A stretch of DNA of 64,000 nt from a bacterium (GCA_035529855.1 DATKVX010000007.1:5603-69602), one strand, 5' to 3'. Counted from the first letter of the stretch, positions 1-9,791 are shown. Numbers and translations: made by a program. Notes: generated from the letters alone by a model not told the origin.

Positions 1-163
1 TTTGCCCGAACCCGCGCCGGCTACGACGACCATCGGCCCGGGGGGCGCGGCGACGACTCGCTCTTGGGAAGGGTTTAAGCGGATTTTGGCCAAGGGTTTT
101 ATATCGGCTTTAAAAATCGCCCTGGCGGGCGCTACGCGTCGGCGTGCAACTTCTTTTACCCGG

Positions 164-1228
164 CTAAGGCGTTTTCTTTTCGAGGATGCTGCCGAGGCCG
201 ATGTTCTGCGGCGTACCGTCGGGGCCGAAGACTTGTTCCAATACCTTGTTGTGGCGCCGCGCGGCGGCGATCTTGTTCGTCTGTTTCTCGGCGGTTATCA
301 ATATCTGTTCTTTGACTTCGGCGAGGGCGACGATAAGGTTTTTCTTACCCAGGTCGTCGAGTGATTCGATGTCGCTATCAAGGCCCGTGACGTCGACTCG
401 GTCGTCGATAAACTTGATTATCTCGACCTGGGGGTAACGCTCGGCTTGCTCGGCTATCCGTTCGCGCAAAGGTTTGTCTTGTTTTACGGTGTTGTACAGG
501 CCGTTGGGTTTGTCGAAGTTATCGAGCAGCGAGTTGATGAATAGGGCCAATACGCCGACGTTGGTTTTGGCGGCGGGCCCCAAACCCTCGCCGCGAACTT
601 TACCGCCGGGTTGTTCGACGCCCTTGAGGAATTCGCGCAGGCTCTTAATCCGCGCCTTTTCTTCGGAAGGCGGAGCCGGTTTGCTTTCCGGGGGGTGGAC
701 TTCGAGTAAGCCGGAATCTATGAGAGCGTGGACAATTTGCGTCGTCTTAAGCTCCGAGAATCCGGTTTTCTCCGCGAGTTCCGATACGCTGAGTTCGCCG
801 TCGACCAGGGATAATACTTTCCACTCGTGGGCTTGGAGCGTAATGTTGCCGGCCTTATCGCCGGGGCCGGCGGAGAAAGTAACGGCGTAGCGCGAGCTGG
901 GGATAATTTTGCGTAGTTTGGTCCACTCGTCGAGCCTGCGAACGGCTTCCATGATCAGGTTCTGGCAGTCGAGCTCGATCGTTTTCAGGTCCGTCGTCGC
1001 GTCCGTGTCGAAGGTAAACCGGCCCTCGCGCCAATTGAAGGTTTCGTAGACGGCTTTTTCGCCGACCAGTTCGCCGACTTCGGCGTGTACGGCCTGCCCC
1101 CGTTCGAACCATATGCGGGCCGCGCTATCGTTTTTGGTTATTACGAGGAGGCCGGTCCGCGAGCCCATGTTTATGAGCTGGAGGACGTCGGCGAGCGGGA
1201 AGTCTTCTAAATTGCCGTCGAGGCCCAT
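164..1228 (-). CDS. DUF4388 (PATAN-type) domain protein, MglA-associated
   Basis: 354-aa ORF with ATG at 1228. The N-terminus GNLEDFPLADVLQLINMGSRTG matches the DUF4388 signature as I recall it. Lies directly downstream of mglB-mglA on the same strand. Confidence 0.65.
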   Translation of the reverse strand: MGLDGNLEDFPLADVLQLINMGSRTGLLVITKNDSAARIWFERGQAVHAEVGELVGEKAVYETFNWREGRFTFDTDATTDLKTIELDCQNLIMEAVRRLDEWTKLRKIIPSSRYAVTFSAGPGDKAGNITLQAHEWKVLSLVDGELSVSELAEKTGFSELKTTQIVHALIDSGLLEVHPPESKPAPPSEEKARIKSLREFLKGVEQPGGKVRGEGLGPAAKTNVGVLALFINSLLDNFDKPNGLYNTVKQDKPLRERIAEQAERYPQVEIIKFIDDRVDVTGLDSDIESLDDLGKKNLIVALAEVKEQILITAEKQTNKIAAARRHNKVLEQVFGPDGTPQNIGLGSILEKKTP

Positions 1229-1307
1229 AGCTTAGGTTTGAAAAACGGCGGCTCGCGACAGTACCCGGGCACCGCCGCCCGCCGCCGGGACTCGAGTGAG
1301 TTACTAA

Positions 1308-1901
1308 TTAACGGGCCGTTTGGCGCGACAGATGCGCGATAACCAGCTTCGAGATCGCGCGTAAGGAGTCGAATACGCCAATGCCGGTAGTCGCGATCGA
1401 TTCGAAACAGGGTACTTGGTCATTGTTGAGCGCGGCTTCGAGTTGCTCCACCGGCGAACAGTTCGGTAAGTCGCGTTTATTGTATTGGAATATGTACGGG
1501 ATATTTTCGAGGCGGTACCCTTGAAGCTGGAGGTTCTTTTTCATGTTTTCGAAGGATTCTATATTTTCGTCGAAGCGGTTGCGCTGAGAGTCTACCACGA
1601 AGACGAGGCCGTCCACGCCTTTGAGGATGAGTTTACGCGAGGCGTCGTAGTGGACTTGGCCGGGTACGGTATAGAGGTGGAAGCGCGTTTTGAACCCGCT
1701 CACCGTTCCGAGCTCGAGCGGTAAGAAATCGAAGAAGAGGGTCCGGTCGGTATCGGTGGCCAACGAGACCATTTTCCCCTTGATATCGTGGGGGAGCTTC
1801 TCGTGGATATACAGGAGGTTGGTCGTTTTGCCGCAGAGACCGCAACCGTAGTAGACGATCTTGCAGTTTATTTCGCGCGATGAATAATTTATTAGCGACA
1901 T
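1308..1901 (-). CDS. mglA: Ras-like small GTPase MglA
   Basis: MSLINYSSREINCKIVYYGCGLCGKTTNL is nearly identical to the Myxococcus MglA N-terminus and P-loop. I chose the ATG at 1901; the track ORF extends to a TTG at 1925. Confidence 0.9.
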   Translation of the reverse strand: MSLINYSSREINCKIVYYGCGLCGKTTNLLYIHEKLPHDIKGKMVSLATDTDRTLFFDFLPLELGTVSGFKTRFHLYTVPGQVHYDASRKLILKGVDGLVFVVDSQRNRFDENIESFENMKKNLQLQGYRLENIPYIFQYNKRDLPNCSPVEQLEAALNNDQVPCFESIATTGIGVFDSLRAISKLVIAHLSRQTAR

Positions 1902-1932
1902 AACCGAGCCCCCGGCCGCGGGCAAGGACCTT

Positions 1933-2433
1933 TTAATCTTTGAAGAGGTTGTCTATTTCGCTTTCGGCGACGCTCGTGAAGGTGTCTCCCAGCGGCGAAA
2001 ACGCTTCGGCGCCGCGTTCGGCGACTTTTTGGAAGATGCGGTTAAATATACCCGAGAGTTCTTCTACCGCCTTTTTGACTCTTAGCCGAACCAACCCTAA
2101 CGTAGTTTTATTGTCGAAGACTACGACTAGGATAACGCGTTTGGCTACTATGGATAAGTGTATTGATTCGTTAGTACCTTGGTGGAAGAGCACGGAGAAT
2201 TCTTCCTGGCCGAGGATTTTCGCGAGTTCGCTGGTCGCGGCGTAATTGCCCGCGGAAAGCGACGCGAAGGATAGCGAGTCCATATTCTCGGTATCGCCCT
2301 GGCTCGAGACGAGTTGCCCCGAGCGGTCCACCAATAGCGCGAACTTAGAATTGGTCTCGCGGACGAGAGTCGCCAATATCTCGTTAATATTTGTATAGTC
2401 TTCTTCGAAAAGGACGAGGTCCATCCCGGGCAT
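1933..2433 (-). CDS. mglB: Roadblock/LC7 domain GTPase-activating protein MglB
   Basis: LVDRSGQLVSSQGD...VVFDNKTTLGLVRLRVKKA matches MglB. Start is ambiguous (GTG 2442, ATG 2433, ATG 2424); 2433 has GAGGTGAGG just upstream. Confidence 0.85.
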   Translation of the reverse strand: MPGMDLVLFEEDYTNINEILATLVRETNSKFALLVDRSGQLVSSQGDTENMDSLSFASLSAGNYAATSELAKILGQEEFSVLFHQGTNESIHLSIVAKRVILVVVFDNKTTLGLVRLRVKKAVEELSGIFNRIFQKVAERGAEAFSPLGDTFTSVAESEIDNLFKD

Positions 2434-2535
2434 AAGCCTCACCTCGCGTACGACGACTTACGACGACGCCGGCGCGTGGGTTATATATAAAAGACGAACC
2501 GGCCTAAGTTTAAATAACGCTTCTTTACTTTTTCC

Positions 2536-2564
2536 ATTAAAATATAAATTGGCTAACAAGTCAA
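2536..2564 (-). promoter_or_regulatory. sigma70-like promoter for the mglB operon (TTGACT-17-TTTAAT)
   Basis: On the minus strand, TTGACT (2564..2559), a 17-nt spacer and TTTAAT (2541..2536), inside an AT-rich island upstream of mglB. Confidence 0.5.
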
Positions 2565-2672
2565 GATTTTTTTACTAGAAACGTCAAAGCCTCGCCCCAC
2601 GTTCGGAGGGTTGCTTTTCCGCGCTTCCTCAACGCCCGCCTTCGCTCCGATTCGCGGTTCGTTGGAGGCCGT

Positions 2673-5600
2673 CTATCTTTCGGCCTTGGCTGCCAAAAGG
2701 CTCGCCCCTTTGCTATCGAGCAGCCACAACGCTCGCCGGCGATATTTCTCGCGTTCGTTTTCGTGGGCGGCTATGCGGGCGAGGTTTAAGTAACATTCGC
2801 CGCGAGGTTGCCAAAGGCCTAACTCCCGGGCCGCGGCGGCCGCGGCGATAAGGCGCTTCCGCGCCTGCCCGGCGTCGCCTACGGCGTCCAAAAGCTCGCC
2901 CGCCGCCAGGTAATAGTACGCGAAAAATACTTTCGATTCTCGGGCGCGGCGCTCGATGTCCGTTCGCCCCAGGACTTCGCGGCCTTTATCCGGTTGGCCC
3001 GCCGCTAACGCCGCCCGGGCGGCCAGGGTCGCCGCGGCGCCGTATAAGAACGCGTTGCCCGTCCGCCGGTATTCCGCGGAAGCGGCGTCGGCTAGACGAT
3101 ATGCCTCGTCGTAATCCTCACTCACGTAGTACGCCGCCGTAGCCTCGAGCAGGTTGAGGCTCGCTTTTGGCGACTCCGGTTCCGTCGTCGCCTCCTTGGC
3201 TTTGACCAGAAGACGACGGTAACCCCGCAAGTCGTTTTTGAGGAGGGACGCTACGGCAAGGCCGAGGGCGGCCTCAACGCCGCATAGATCGTAGCCTTCT
3301 TCTTCGGCCAACCTCAGCGCTACGTCAAACGCCGTTTCGCTCGTAGCCAGGTCCTCGGTCGCTTGGTCGATCGCGCCTTCTAGTAAATACGTTTCGCATA
3401 GCCGCCGTTTATCGCCCACGGCGCCGAAAGCGTTGCGCGCCTCCGCGATTAAGCCGCGGGCGTTCGATATTCGGCCGTATTCAAAGAAAACGGGCGCCAG
3501 CGAGAGCCCCATCTCCGCGGCGGTAATCGGCTTTTGCGCGCCGTCGGTTAGAGATATGCATTTTCGCGCGGCCTTTACGGCGTCGGTCAGGTACCCGGCT
3601 CGGTACTTGAGCTCGGCGAGCAACCGGTAAGCCCGCGGCGACGGCGCGCGGTCGGCCTTCAGCGATTTTTCGAGCTCGTACGTTGCTTTGGCGACGTCTC
3701 CTCGTTGGCGGAAAAGGTCGGCTAGCGCCAGCTCAACGTCGGCGACCAGGTCGTATTCTTCGGAACGCGCGGCGCTCTGTAAGGCTTCGATAAACGAGCT
3801 TTCGGCTTCCCGGAAGTAGCCGCGGCGCAGGTACACCTGGCCTTGAGAATAAAAACGTCGCGCTGATAATTCGCCTTCCGCGGCGCCGATTTTTTCGAGG
3901 TCTTTTAGGGCGGCGGCGGCCAAACCGGCCTCGGAGAAAGCCTCCGCCCGGGCAAAAAATAGGCGCGGTAAAAGTTTTCGTTTTACGTCGTCTTCGGTTT
4001 GTTGCCTTTCTAACTCGCGTATAACGGCCGTTAGTTGGGCCACCGCGTCGTGGGGTGAACCCAGCCAAAGCGCTTGTTTCGCGTTTTCCCGGGCCAGGTC
4101 GTACGCCCGCGCCGGCCTCCCGGCCGCTAACTCGAGCGTCGCGCGGGCCGATAGCTCCCCGGGGTAACGTTCGGCCAGGAAACCGGCCGCGGTTTGCGCC
4201 GCGGCCATTCGGCTTTCCGGCGTGGGCGCCGTAGCGGCTAGCACGGCTTCGCGTAGATAGGGCGGGACGCAAAGATACTCCCTATCGCCTAGCGAAGGTC
4301 GGAGTAAAAGCGATTTGTATAACTTATATCGCCACGCTTCGCCGGCGGTACCGTCCGGGCCGAAGACGTCGGCCGCGAGGGCGCGCACTTCTTCGTCGGT
4401 TAGGGGAATGCCGAGTGTCGTTAAGGCGGCGGTCGCGCGTTGCCAACGTTTGTCGAAATCTCGCAAACGTTGCGCTACGAGCGTGGGTTGTTCCAGGCCG
4501 CCTTCGGTCGCCAACGTCTTGATTTTAACGGCGCCCTTCTCGCGGGCCGCGAGCCAAAGTTGCTCGAGGATTTCGGGGCGACCCTTGCTGGCCGCGTGTA
4601 GTAGCGCGGCGTCTTCCTCGGCGCCCGTTCCCGCGAAATTCCCGGCGAAGGCGGCTACTTCTTCTTCTGTGAACGGCCTGGTGTGTAGGACGGTGTCCGC
4701 CGCCCGGCCAAAAGTTTCGTCGGGAGTTTCGCTGGCCATTATGAGTGCGAGCGGTTCCTCCGCCGGGGCGGCCAGCAGCGCGCCGAGTAGAGCCCGGGAC
4801 GACGCGTCGGCCAAGTGGAGGTCGTCCAGTATTACGGCCGTCGGTTTTGCGGCGGCGGCCCGTACGGTCAAAATTTCCGCAACCTCAATAATCCGTCGGT
4901 GTCTGAGTTCGGGTGCTGCGTCCGCGACGTGCGGGTTTAGTTCGGGCCGGAAGCCCATGATTCGCGCGAATAACGGCGCCCAGATGACCGACGGGCCGTC
5001 GATTTGTCGTATCGCCCGGGCCGGCGCTTCCGCCGGCGGCGCTTCGGGGGCGACGTCGGCAAACACCTCGCGCCATATCGGCGCCCAGAGGCTGAACGGC
5101 CGGTACCGGCGCCCGTTCGTACACGACGAAGCGTATACCCGGAAGCCTTTTTCGCGGGCTAAACGGCACGCTGCCGCCAGCCAGGTCGTTTTCCCCGTCC
5201 CGGCGGCGCCCGTGACGAAGAGAGTCCGCCGTTGTCGCCTCGAGAGGACCGCGGCGAGGGAATTCTCGATCGCTTCTTCGAACCCGGCGACCGGCGTGAA
5301 CGGCGACGTTTCTATCGGCGGAGCCGACGTGAGGTGCCGCCGGTCTTCCTTCAATTCGTAAATTTTTACGGCCGTTTTGCCCCCCCGCGCTTGATAGAAG
5401 CCGACCGCGACGTACTTGAAATCCCCGGCGGTCCGGGCGTAGACGTTTTCGCCGGCGAGGATGACCCATTTACCGGCTTTTCTTCGGAGCCGTTCGGCCT
5501 TTACGCGAGGAGTTTCAGGTTCGCCCCCGGCTCGGGTGTCCCTCGGGGACGCGTCGACGCCCGCCGTTAGGTACGCGTTGGTACTCAGCTCTTTAGGAGT

Positions 5601-5951
5601 CGTCACCAGAAGGCCGCGGGTGACGTCCCGGAGTACCAGAGCACATGAAGCCGCCGCGGCCGCGGGCGACTCGACGTTATGGGGGAATTTGATGGTGACC
5701 GCGGAGGAGCCTCCGCGGATAACGGTACCGCCGCGTTCGTACGCGATTTCGTCGGCAGCGGCCAGGAATTTTTCGGTCAATTCCCCCAGTACGTCGGGGG
5801 AGAGGGAAGGGCTCAGTACGTCGAGCCCCGCGAGCTCGGCCGCAACCGCGGCCGCTTCTTCTGATGCTTCGCCGGTTTTAACGCCGCAATTCGGGCAAAA
5901 GGCCGCAGCTTGAGCGACGTACCGGCCGCAATTAGGGCACGTATCCGACAT
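2673..5951 (-). CDS. Zinc-ribbon / cyclase-homology-like / P-loop NTPase / TPR multidomain signalling protein
   Basis: 1092 aa. N-terminal CPNCG...CPNCG zinc ribbon, then a GGTVIRGGSSAVTIKF segment resembling a class III cyclase core, Walker A GAAGTGKTT, and a long C-terminal Ala/Leu-rich TPR-like region. Starts 3 nt after the thrS stop. Confidence 0.7.
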   Translation of the reverse strand: MSDTCPNCGRYVAQAAAFCPNCGVKTGEASEEAAAVAAELAGLDVLSPSLSPDVLGELTEKFLAAADEIAYERGGTVIRGGSSAVTIKFPHNVESPAAAAASCALVLRDVTRGLLVTTPKELSTNAYLTAGVDASPRDTRAGGEPETPRVKAERLRRKAGKWVILAGENVYARTAGDFKYVAVGFYQARGGKTAVKIYELKEDRRHLTSAPPIETSPFTPVAGFEEAIENSLAAVLSRRQRRTLFVTGAAGTGKTTWLAAACRLAREKGFRVYASSCTNGRRYRPFSLWAPIWREVFADVAPEAPPAEAPARAIRQIDGPSVIWAPLFARIMGFRPELNPHVADAAPELRHRRIIEVAEILTVRAAAAKPTAVILDDLHLADASSRALLGALLAAPAEEPLALIMASETPDETFGRAADTVLHTRPFTEEEVAAFAGNFAGTGAEEDAALLHAASKGRPEILEQLWLAAREKGAVKIKTLATEGGLEQPTLVAQRLRDFDKRWQRATAALTTLGIPLTDEEVRALAADVFGPDGTAGEAWRYKLYKSLLLRPSLGDREYLCVPPYLREAVLAATAPTPESRMAAAQTAAGFLAERYPGELSARATLELAAGRPARAYDLARENAKQALWLGSPHDAVAQLTAVIRELERQQTEDDVKRKLLPRLFFARAEAFSEAGLAAAALKDLEKIGAAEGELSARRFYSQGQVYLRRGYFREAESSFIEALQSAARSEEYDLVADVELALADLFRQRGDVAKATYELEKSLKADRAPSPRAYRLLAELKYRAGYLTDAVKAARKCISLTDGAQKPITAAEMGLSLAPVFFEYGRISNARGLIAEARNAFGAVGDKRRLCETYLLEGAIDQATEDLATSETAFDVALRLAEEEGYDLCGVEAALGLAVASLLKNDLRGYRRLLVKAKEATTEPESPKASLNLLEATAAYYVSEDYDEAYRLADAASAEYRRTGNAFLYGAAATLAARAALAAGQPDKGREVLGRTDIERRARESKVFFAYYYLAAGELLDAVGDAGQARKRLIAAAAAARELGLWQPRGECYLNLARIAAHENEREKYRRRALWLLDSKGASLLAAKAER

Positions 5952-5954
5952 GTG

Positions 5955-7901
5955 CTACTTATTAACGTCGCCTCCTACGAGCTCGAGCGCGACGGATTTC
6001 CTCGCGGTCGCCTCCTTTAAGGCTTCGATAAGGCGGCCCAGGTCGACGGCGCCGAGGTCCTCGCCGCCGTGGCGGCGCAGCGCTACCGTTCCCGCTTCAC
6101 GTTCTTTTTTACCGACGACGGCGAGGTAGGGCACTTTGGCCAATTCGCCCGCCCGGATTTTCGCGGTCAGTTTGCCGTCCGATTCGTCTACGCCGACGCG
6201 TAAACCCGCGCTTTCCATTTCGGCCGCCAGTTCGGCGGCGTACGGGACGGAGTCCGGGTTCACCGGTATGATGCGCACCTGAACCGGCGCAAGCCAGGGC
6301 GGGAAGACGCCGGCGTAATGCTCGAGCAGCGTCCCGAAGAAACGCTCGAACGACCCCAACACAGCGCGGTGGATCATATAGCACTGGTGGTCGGCGCCGT
6401 CCGGGCCCGTGTACTTGACGCCGTAGCGGGGCGGCAGGTTGAAGTCGAATTGTATGGTGGGGCCCTGCCATTTCCGCCCCAGTGCGTCGTAAATTTGGAA
6501 ATCGATTTTCGGGCCGTAGAAGATGGCCTCGCCTTCCATCCGGTTATAGGGCAGCTCGAGGCGCTCGAGCGTTTCGGCGAGAGCGTCTTCGGCCCGGGTC
6601 CATTCCTCGGCGGTGCCGGCGTAGTCTTGCGGCTTGCCGGGGTCCCGAGCGGAAAGCTCTACGTCGTACGAGGTGAAGCCGAAAGTGTGTAATAGGAATA
6701 TGGCTAAGTCCACGCACCCACACAATTCGTCCACTAATTGGTCGGGGGTGCAGAATATGTGGCCGTCGTCCTGGGTGAAACCGCGGACGCGCAGGAGGCC
6801 GTGAAGGGTACCCGAGCGCTCTTTGCGGTATACGGTCCCTAGCTCGGCGTACCTTATGGGGAGTTCCCGGTAGGAGTGGACGCGGGTTTTATATATGGCG
6901 ACGTGCATCGGGCAGTTCATAGGTTTGAGGACGTACGGGATGCCGTCGACTTCGAAGGTGTACATTTTATCGAGGAAGTAGCGGAAGTGGCCCGATATCT
7001 CGAACAGCCGGGCGCGGGCGATGTGGGGGGTCATGACGAGTTGGTAGCCGCGCTTTTGGTGTTCCTCTTTCCAGAAGGTCTCGATGCGGTCGCGGACGAA
7101 CGCGCCGTCGGGGTGCCAATAGACGAGGCCGGCGCCGCGTTCCTCGGCGATGGAGAATATGCCGAGGTCGCGGCCCAGCGTCCGGTGGTCGCGTCGTTTA
7201 GCTTCCTCGACCCGCGCCAGGTGGACCTCGAGCTCCTCCGGTTTGCGGTAGGCGGTTCCGTATACGCGGGTGAGCATGTCGTTGCGTTCGTCGCCGCGCC
7301 AATACGCGCCCGCCACCGCGGTGAGGTTCAGCGCTTTGATATAACCGCTCGAGGGGAGGTGGGGCCCCAGGCACAGGTCCGCGAAGTCGCCCTGTCGGTA
7401 TACTATTACTTTTTTATCCGGGATCTCCTCGACGAGCTCGAGTTTATACGGGTTGCCGGCGAACAGCTTGCGGGCTTTGGCCTTGGTCATCTCCTCCCGT
7501 TCGATGGGGACGTCGGCCGCGGCGATACGTCGCATGCGCTCCTCTATTTTCGGGAGGTCGTCGTCGCTCACGGTCGCCGACGCGTCGAAGTCGTAGTAAA
7601 ACCCGTCGGCCGTAGCGGGCCCTATGGCCAACTTTACGTCCGGGTAGAGTTCCGTCAGCGCGTGGGCGAGGATGTGCGACGCGGTGTGACGGAATACCTC
7701 CCGCACCGCTTCGTCTTCGTAACTAAGGAACGCCACCGTCTCGCCGGGCCGGGCGGCGGCGGTGAGGTCCACAAGTGCGTCGCCGCGGCGGGCGACGAGC
7801 GCATCTTCGACGCCCGCGGCCACTGCTGCCTCGAGTAGCGTCGCTCCCCGTTCGACCTTTACGGGCCCGAGGCCCTCGACGTTTAATTCGATCTCCGCGA
7901 T
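5955..7901 (-). CDS. thrS: Threonine--tRNA ligase
   Basis: FRHTASHILAHA, class II catalytic core and anticodon-binding domain. The track ORF starts at GTG 7823, but in-frame TGS-domain-like sequence (IAEIELNVEGLGPVKVERGATLLEAA) continues upstream to an ATC at 7901, which is preceded by AAGGA. Confidence 0.9.
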   Translation of the reverse strand: MAEIELNVEGLGPVKVERGATLLEAAVAAGVEDALVARRGDALVDLTAAARPGETVAFLSYEDEAVREVFRHTASHILAHALTELYPDVKLAIGPATADGFYYDFDASATVSDDDLPKIEERMRRIAAADVPIEREEMTKAKARKLFAGNPYKLELVEEIPDKKVIVYRQGDFADLCLGPHLPSSGYIKALNLTAVAGAYWRGDERNDMLTRVYGTAYRKPEELEVHLARVEEAKRRDHRTLGRDLGIFSIAEERGAGLVYWHPDGAFVRDRIETFWKEEHQKRGYQLVMTPHIARARLFEISGHFRYFLDKMYTFEVDGIPYVLKPMNCPMHVAIYKTRVHSYRELPIRYAELGTVYRKERSGTLHGLLRVRGFTQDDGHIFCTPDQLVDELCGCVDLAIFLLHTFGFTSYDVELSARDPGKPQDYAGTAEEWTRAEDALAETLERLELPYNRMEGEAIFYGPKIDFQIYDALGRKWQGPTIQFDFNLPPRYGVKYTGPDGADHQCYMIHRAVLGSFERFFGTLLEHYAGVFPPWLAPVQVRIIPVNPDSVPYAAELAAEMESAGLRVGVDESDGKLTAKIRAGELAKVPYLAVVGKKEREAGTVALRRHGGEDLGAVDLGRLIEALKEATARKSVALELVGGDVNK

Positions 7902-7920
7902 TGTAGGGTCCTTTCGCGCT

Positions 7921-7950
7921 ATTTTAGCAAAGTTGGCGATTCCAAGTCAA
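7921..7950 (-). promoter_or_regulatory. sigma70-like promoter for thrS (TTGACT-18-TGcTAAAAT)
   Basis: On the minus strand, TTGACT (7950..7945), an 18-nt spacer containing TG, and TAAAAT (7926..7921). It sits upstream of the proposed ATC start. Confidence 0.5.
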
Positions 7951-8074
7951 CCGGAAAGGGTTTAAAGGCTCGAGATGTCATATCTCCCGCCGGTTGCGGC
8001 GCGGCCCGGGCAAACTACGCCTTTGCCGCTAATCGTTGGGGCAAAACGGCGAACCGGCGTTGGGCCCTATTTCA

Positions 8075-8935
8075 TTACATCCCCCGTTCGCCCGCCGGCG
8101 CGACATCCGCGGCGGCCTTATTTCCCTTCGTCGCGACGATAAGGACCCGGCGGCCGAGTATATCCTCCGGCGCCGGCGTCGCTTTCAGGAGCGGGAATAT
8201 TTTCGCTATTACCATGAGCGTTTCGAAATAAAAGTTAATGACGACGCGGTACCACGGTTGCCGCCGGTTAAACGCAAACGCGTACGTCTCGTCGAAGGTC
8301 TGTTCGTCGCCTTGCCGTACTTCTCCCGGGCGCCGGCGAAGGCGCCGATGGACGGTTAAGGGGAGTTTCACAAAAACCGCGTAGATAATTCGCAACCACG
8401 TCGTGGGGTCGATTATTTCGAAGCGCAAGGGCTGCAGGCCCGCCGCCAGGATTTGTCGATTCAACTCCGTTTTCGTTTGGAAGTGCGTTATGCCGTGGTC
8501 GACGGTGTTGGGGAAGGTGACCAGAACTGAGCCGTTCTTATTTAATAACGAAGCGACGGTCCGGAAGAACGCCGAAGGCGTCGGAACGTGTTCGAGAACG
8601 TCGGCGGCGTAAACCCGGTCGAATTTGCCGGCGAGCCGTTTAAGCACCTTATGGCCGGTGTCACATACGTCCGCTTGGTAAAACTTGGCATTACCCGCGC
8701 GCGGGAGGCTTTCCAAGAATTCGATTACCGGCGCGGCTACGTCGATGCCGGCTATCTCCCGGACCTCCGGGGCGAAATTGAAGGCCGAATAGCCGGTGCC
8801 GACGCCGATATCCGCCACCGCATCTCCCCGGCTCAGCGACATATTCGCTTTGATTATTTCGTGCCTGAGCGGGAAGGTATTTACGGGAAGCTTCAGGCGC
8901 TCCCAGAAAGTCATCTTTTTTGCCGCCGGGTTCAC
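8075..8935 (-). CDS. Class I SAM-dependent methyltransferase
   Basis: VADIGVGTGYSAFNF SAM-binding motif I and ADVLEHV motif. Start is GTG 8935 or ATG 8914. Confidence 0.7.
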   Translation of the reverse strand: MNPAAKKMTFWERLKLPVNTFPLRHEIIKANMSLSRGDAVADIGVGTGYSAFNFAPEVREIAGIDVAAPVIEFLESLPRAGNAKFYQADVCDTGHKVLKRLAGKFDRVYAADVLEHVPTPSAFFRTVASLLNKNGSVLVTFPNTVDHGITHFQTKTELNRQILAAGLQPLRFEIIDPTTWLRIIYAVFVKLPLTVHRRLRRRPGEVRQGDEQTFDETYAFAFNRRQPWYRVVINFYFETLMVIAKIFPLLKATPAPEDILGRRVLIVATKGNKAAADVAPAGERGM

Positions 8936-9047
8936 GAGACCGCCCTCGAGCTAGTTGTGAGCGTGGATATTCCCTTTGGTAGATTTTAACAAAACCGTCG
9001 GTTCCGGGTCAACGGGATTGGGCGGCGGCGTTTTTTAGGCTAATAAA

Positions 9048-9791
9048 TTGACAACCGGCCGGGCCGCTCTTATAATCGGTAACGTGGCGAAGGTAGTCCT
9101 GCAAACGGAGTTCAAATTCGGCTTCAGTTATAAATATTTGAAGCGGGTGTTCGATTTCGTGGCCGCCGTGGTCGCTATTATAATCGTCTCGCCGTTCTTG
9201 GCCTTCATCGCGTTGTTCATTAAGTTTGACACCCGCGGCCCGGTTTTTTTCCGTCAGGAGAGGATCGGTAGAGTGGGTAAACCCTTCTTCATTTACAAGT
9301 TCCGGACGATGGTCAAAGACGCGCCTAAACGCGGGCCTGACGTCACCGGTGCCGGCGACCCCCGTATAACTCGCGTAGGTAATTTCCTGCGCGCTACGAA
9401 ATTCGACGAACTCCCCAACCTTTTTAACGTCGTGCGCGGCGAAATGAGCTTAGTGGGGCCGCGGCCTGACCTTCCGCGTTTCATGTCGGTCCTTACGCCG
9501 GAACAACGCAGGATCTTAAATTTTCGTCCGGGTCTAACCGGCCCGACCCAGATCCGTTATATCGCGGAGGAGGAGTTCCTGTCTCCCGTCAATATTGACG
9601 AGGATTACGTCGATAACGTCCTGGCGGACAAGATCGCGTCGGACCTGGAGTACGTCGCCAGGTGGTCCTTCCGGGAGGACTTGTTGTTGATCCTGTATAC
9701 GCCGATCGCGCTCCTTTTTAAGATCTTCGGTAGGGCGACGAAGCTATTCCCCCTGGCTAGAATCGTACCTCCCGCAAACCGTAAAAAATAA
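9048..9791 (+). CDS. Polyprenyl-phosphate sugar phosphotransferase (bacterial sugar transferase family)
   Basis: KRVFDF...[10 protein letters not shown]...FYIYKFRTM...[21 protein letters not shown] are the hallmark motifs. The exact start is uncertain. Confidence 0.85.
   Translation: MTTGRAALIIGNVAKVVLQTEFKFGFSYKYLKRVFDFVAAVVAIIIVSPFLAFIALFIKFDTRGPVFFRQERIGRVGKPFFIYKFRTMVKDAPKRGPDVTGAGDPRITRVGNFLRATKFDELPNLFNVVRGEMSLVGPRPDLPRFMSVLTPEQRRILNFRPGLTGPTQIRYIAEEEFLSPVNIDEDYVDNVLADKIASDLEYVARWSFREDLLLILYTPIALLFKIFGRATKLFPLARIVPPANRKK

Noticed and set aside
2-364. Plus-strand 120-aa ORF at the window edge.
   Set aside because: It overlaps the 3' end of the DUF4388 gene on the opposite strand, has low-complexity Ala/Arg-rich sequence and no recognisable motif. 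I made no call for positions 1-163.
2673-5951. Possibility that the NTPase-TPR protein is an Avs-like antiviral STAND defence gene.
   Set aside because: It sits 3 nt downstream of thrS among housekeeping genes. There are no neighbouring defence, restriction or mobile-element genes. Its N-terminal domain looks like a degenerate cyclase and not a nuclease, protease or other known effector. I kept it as a lower-interest signalling finding instead.
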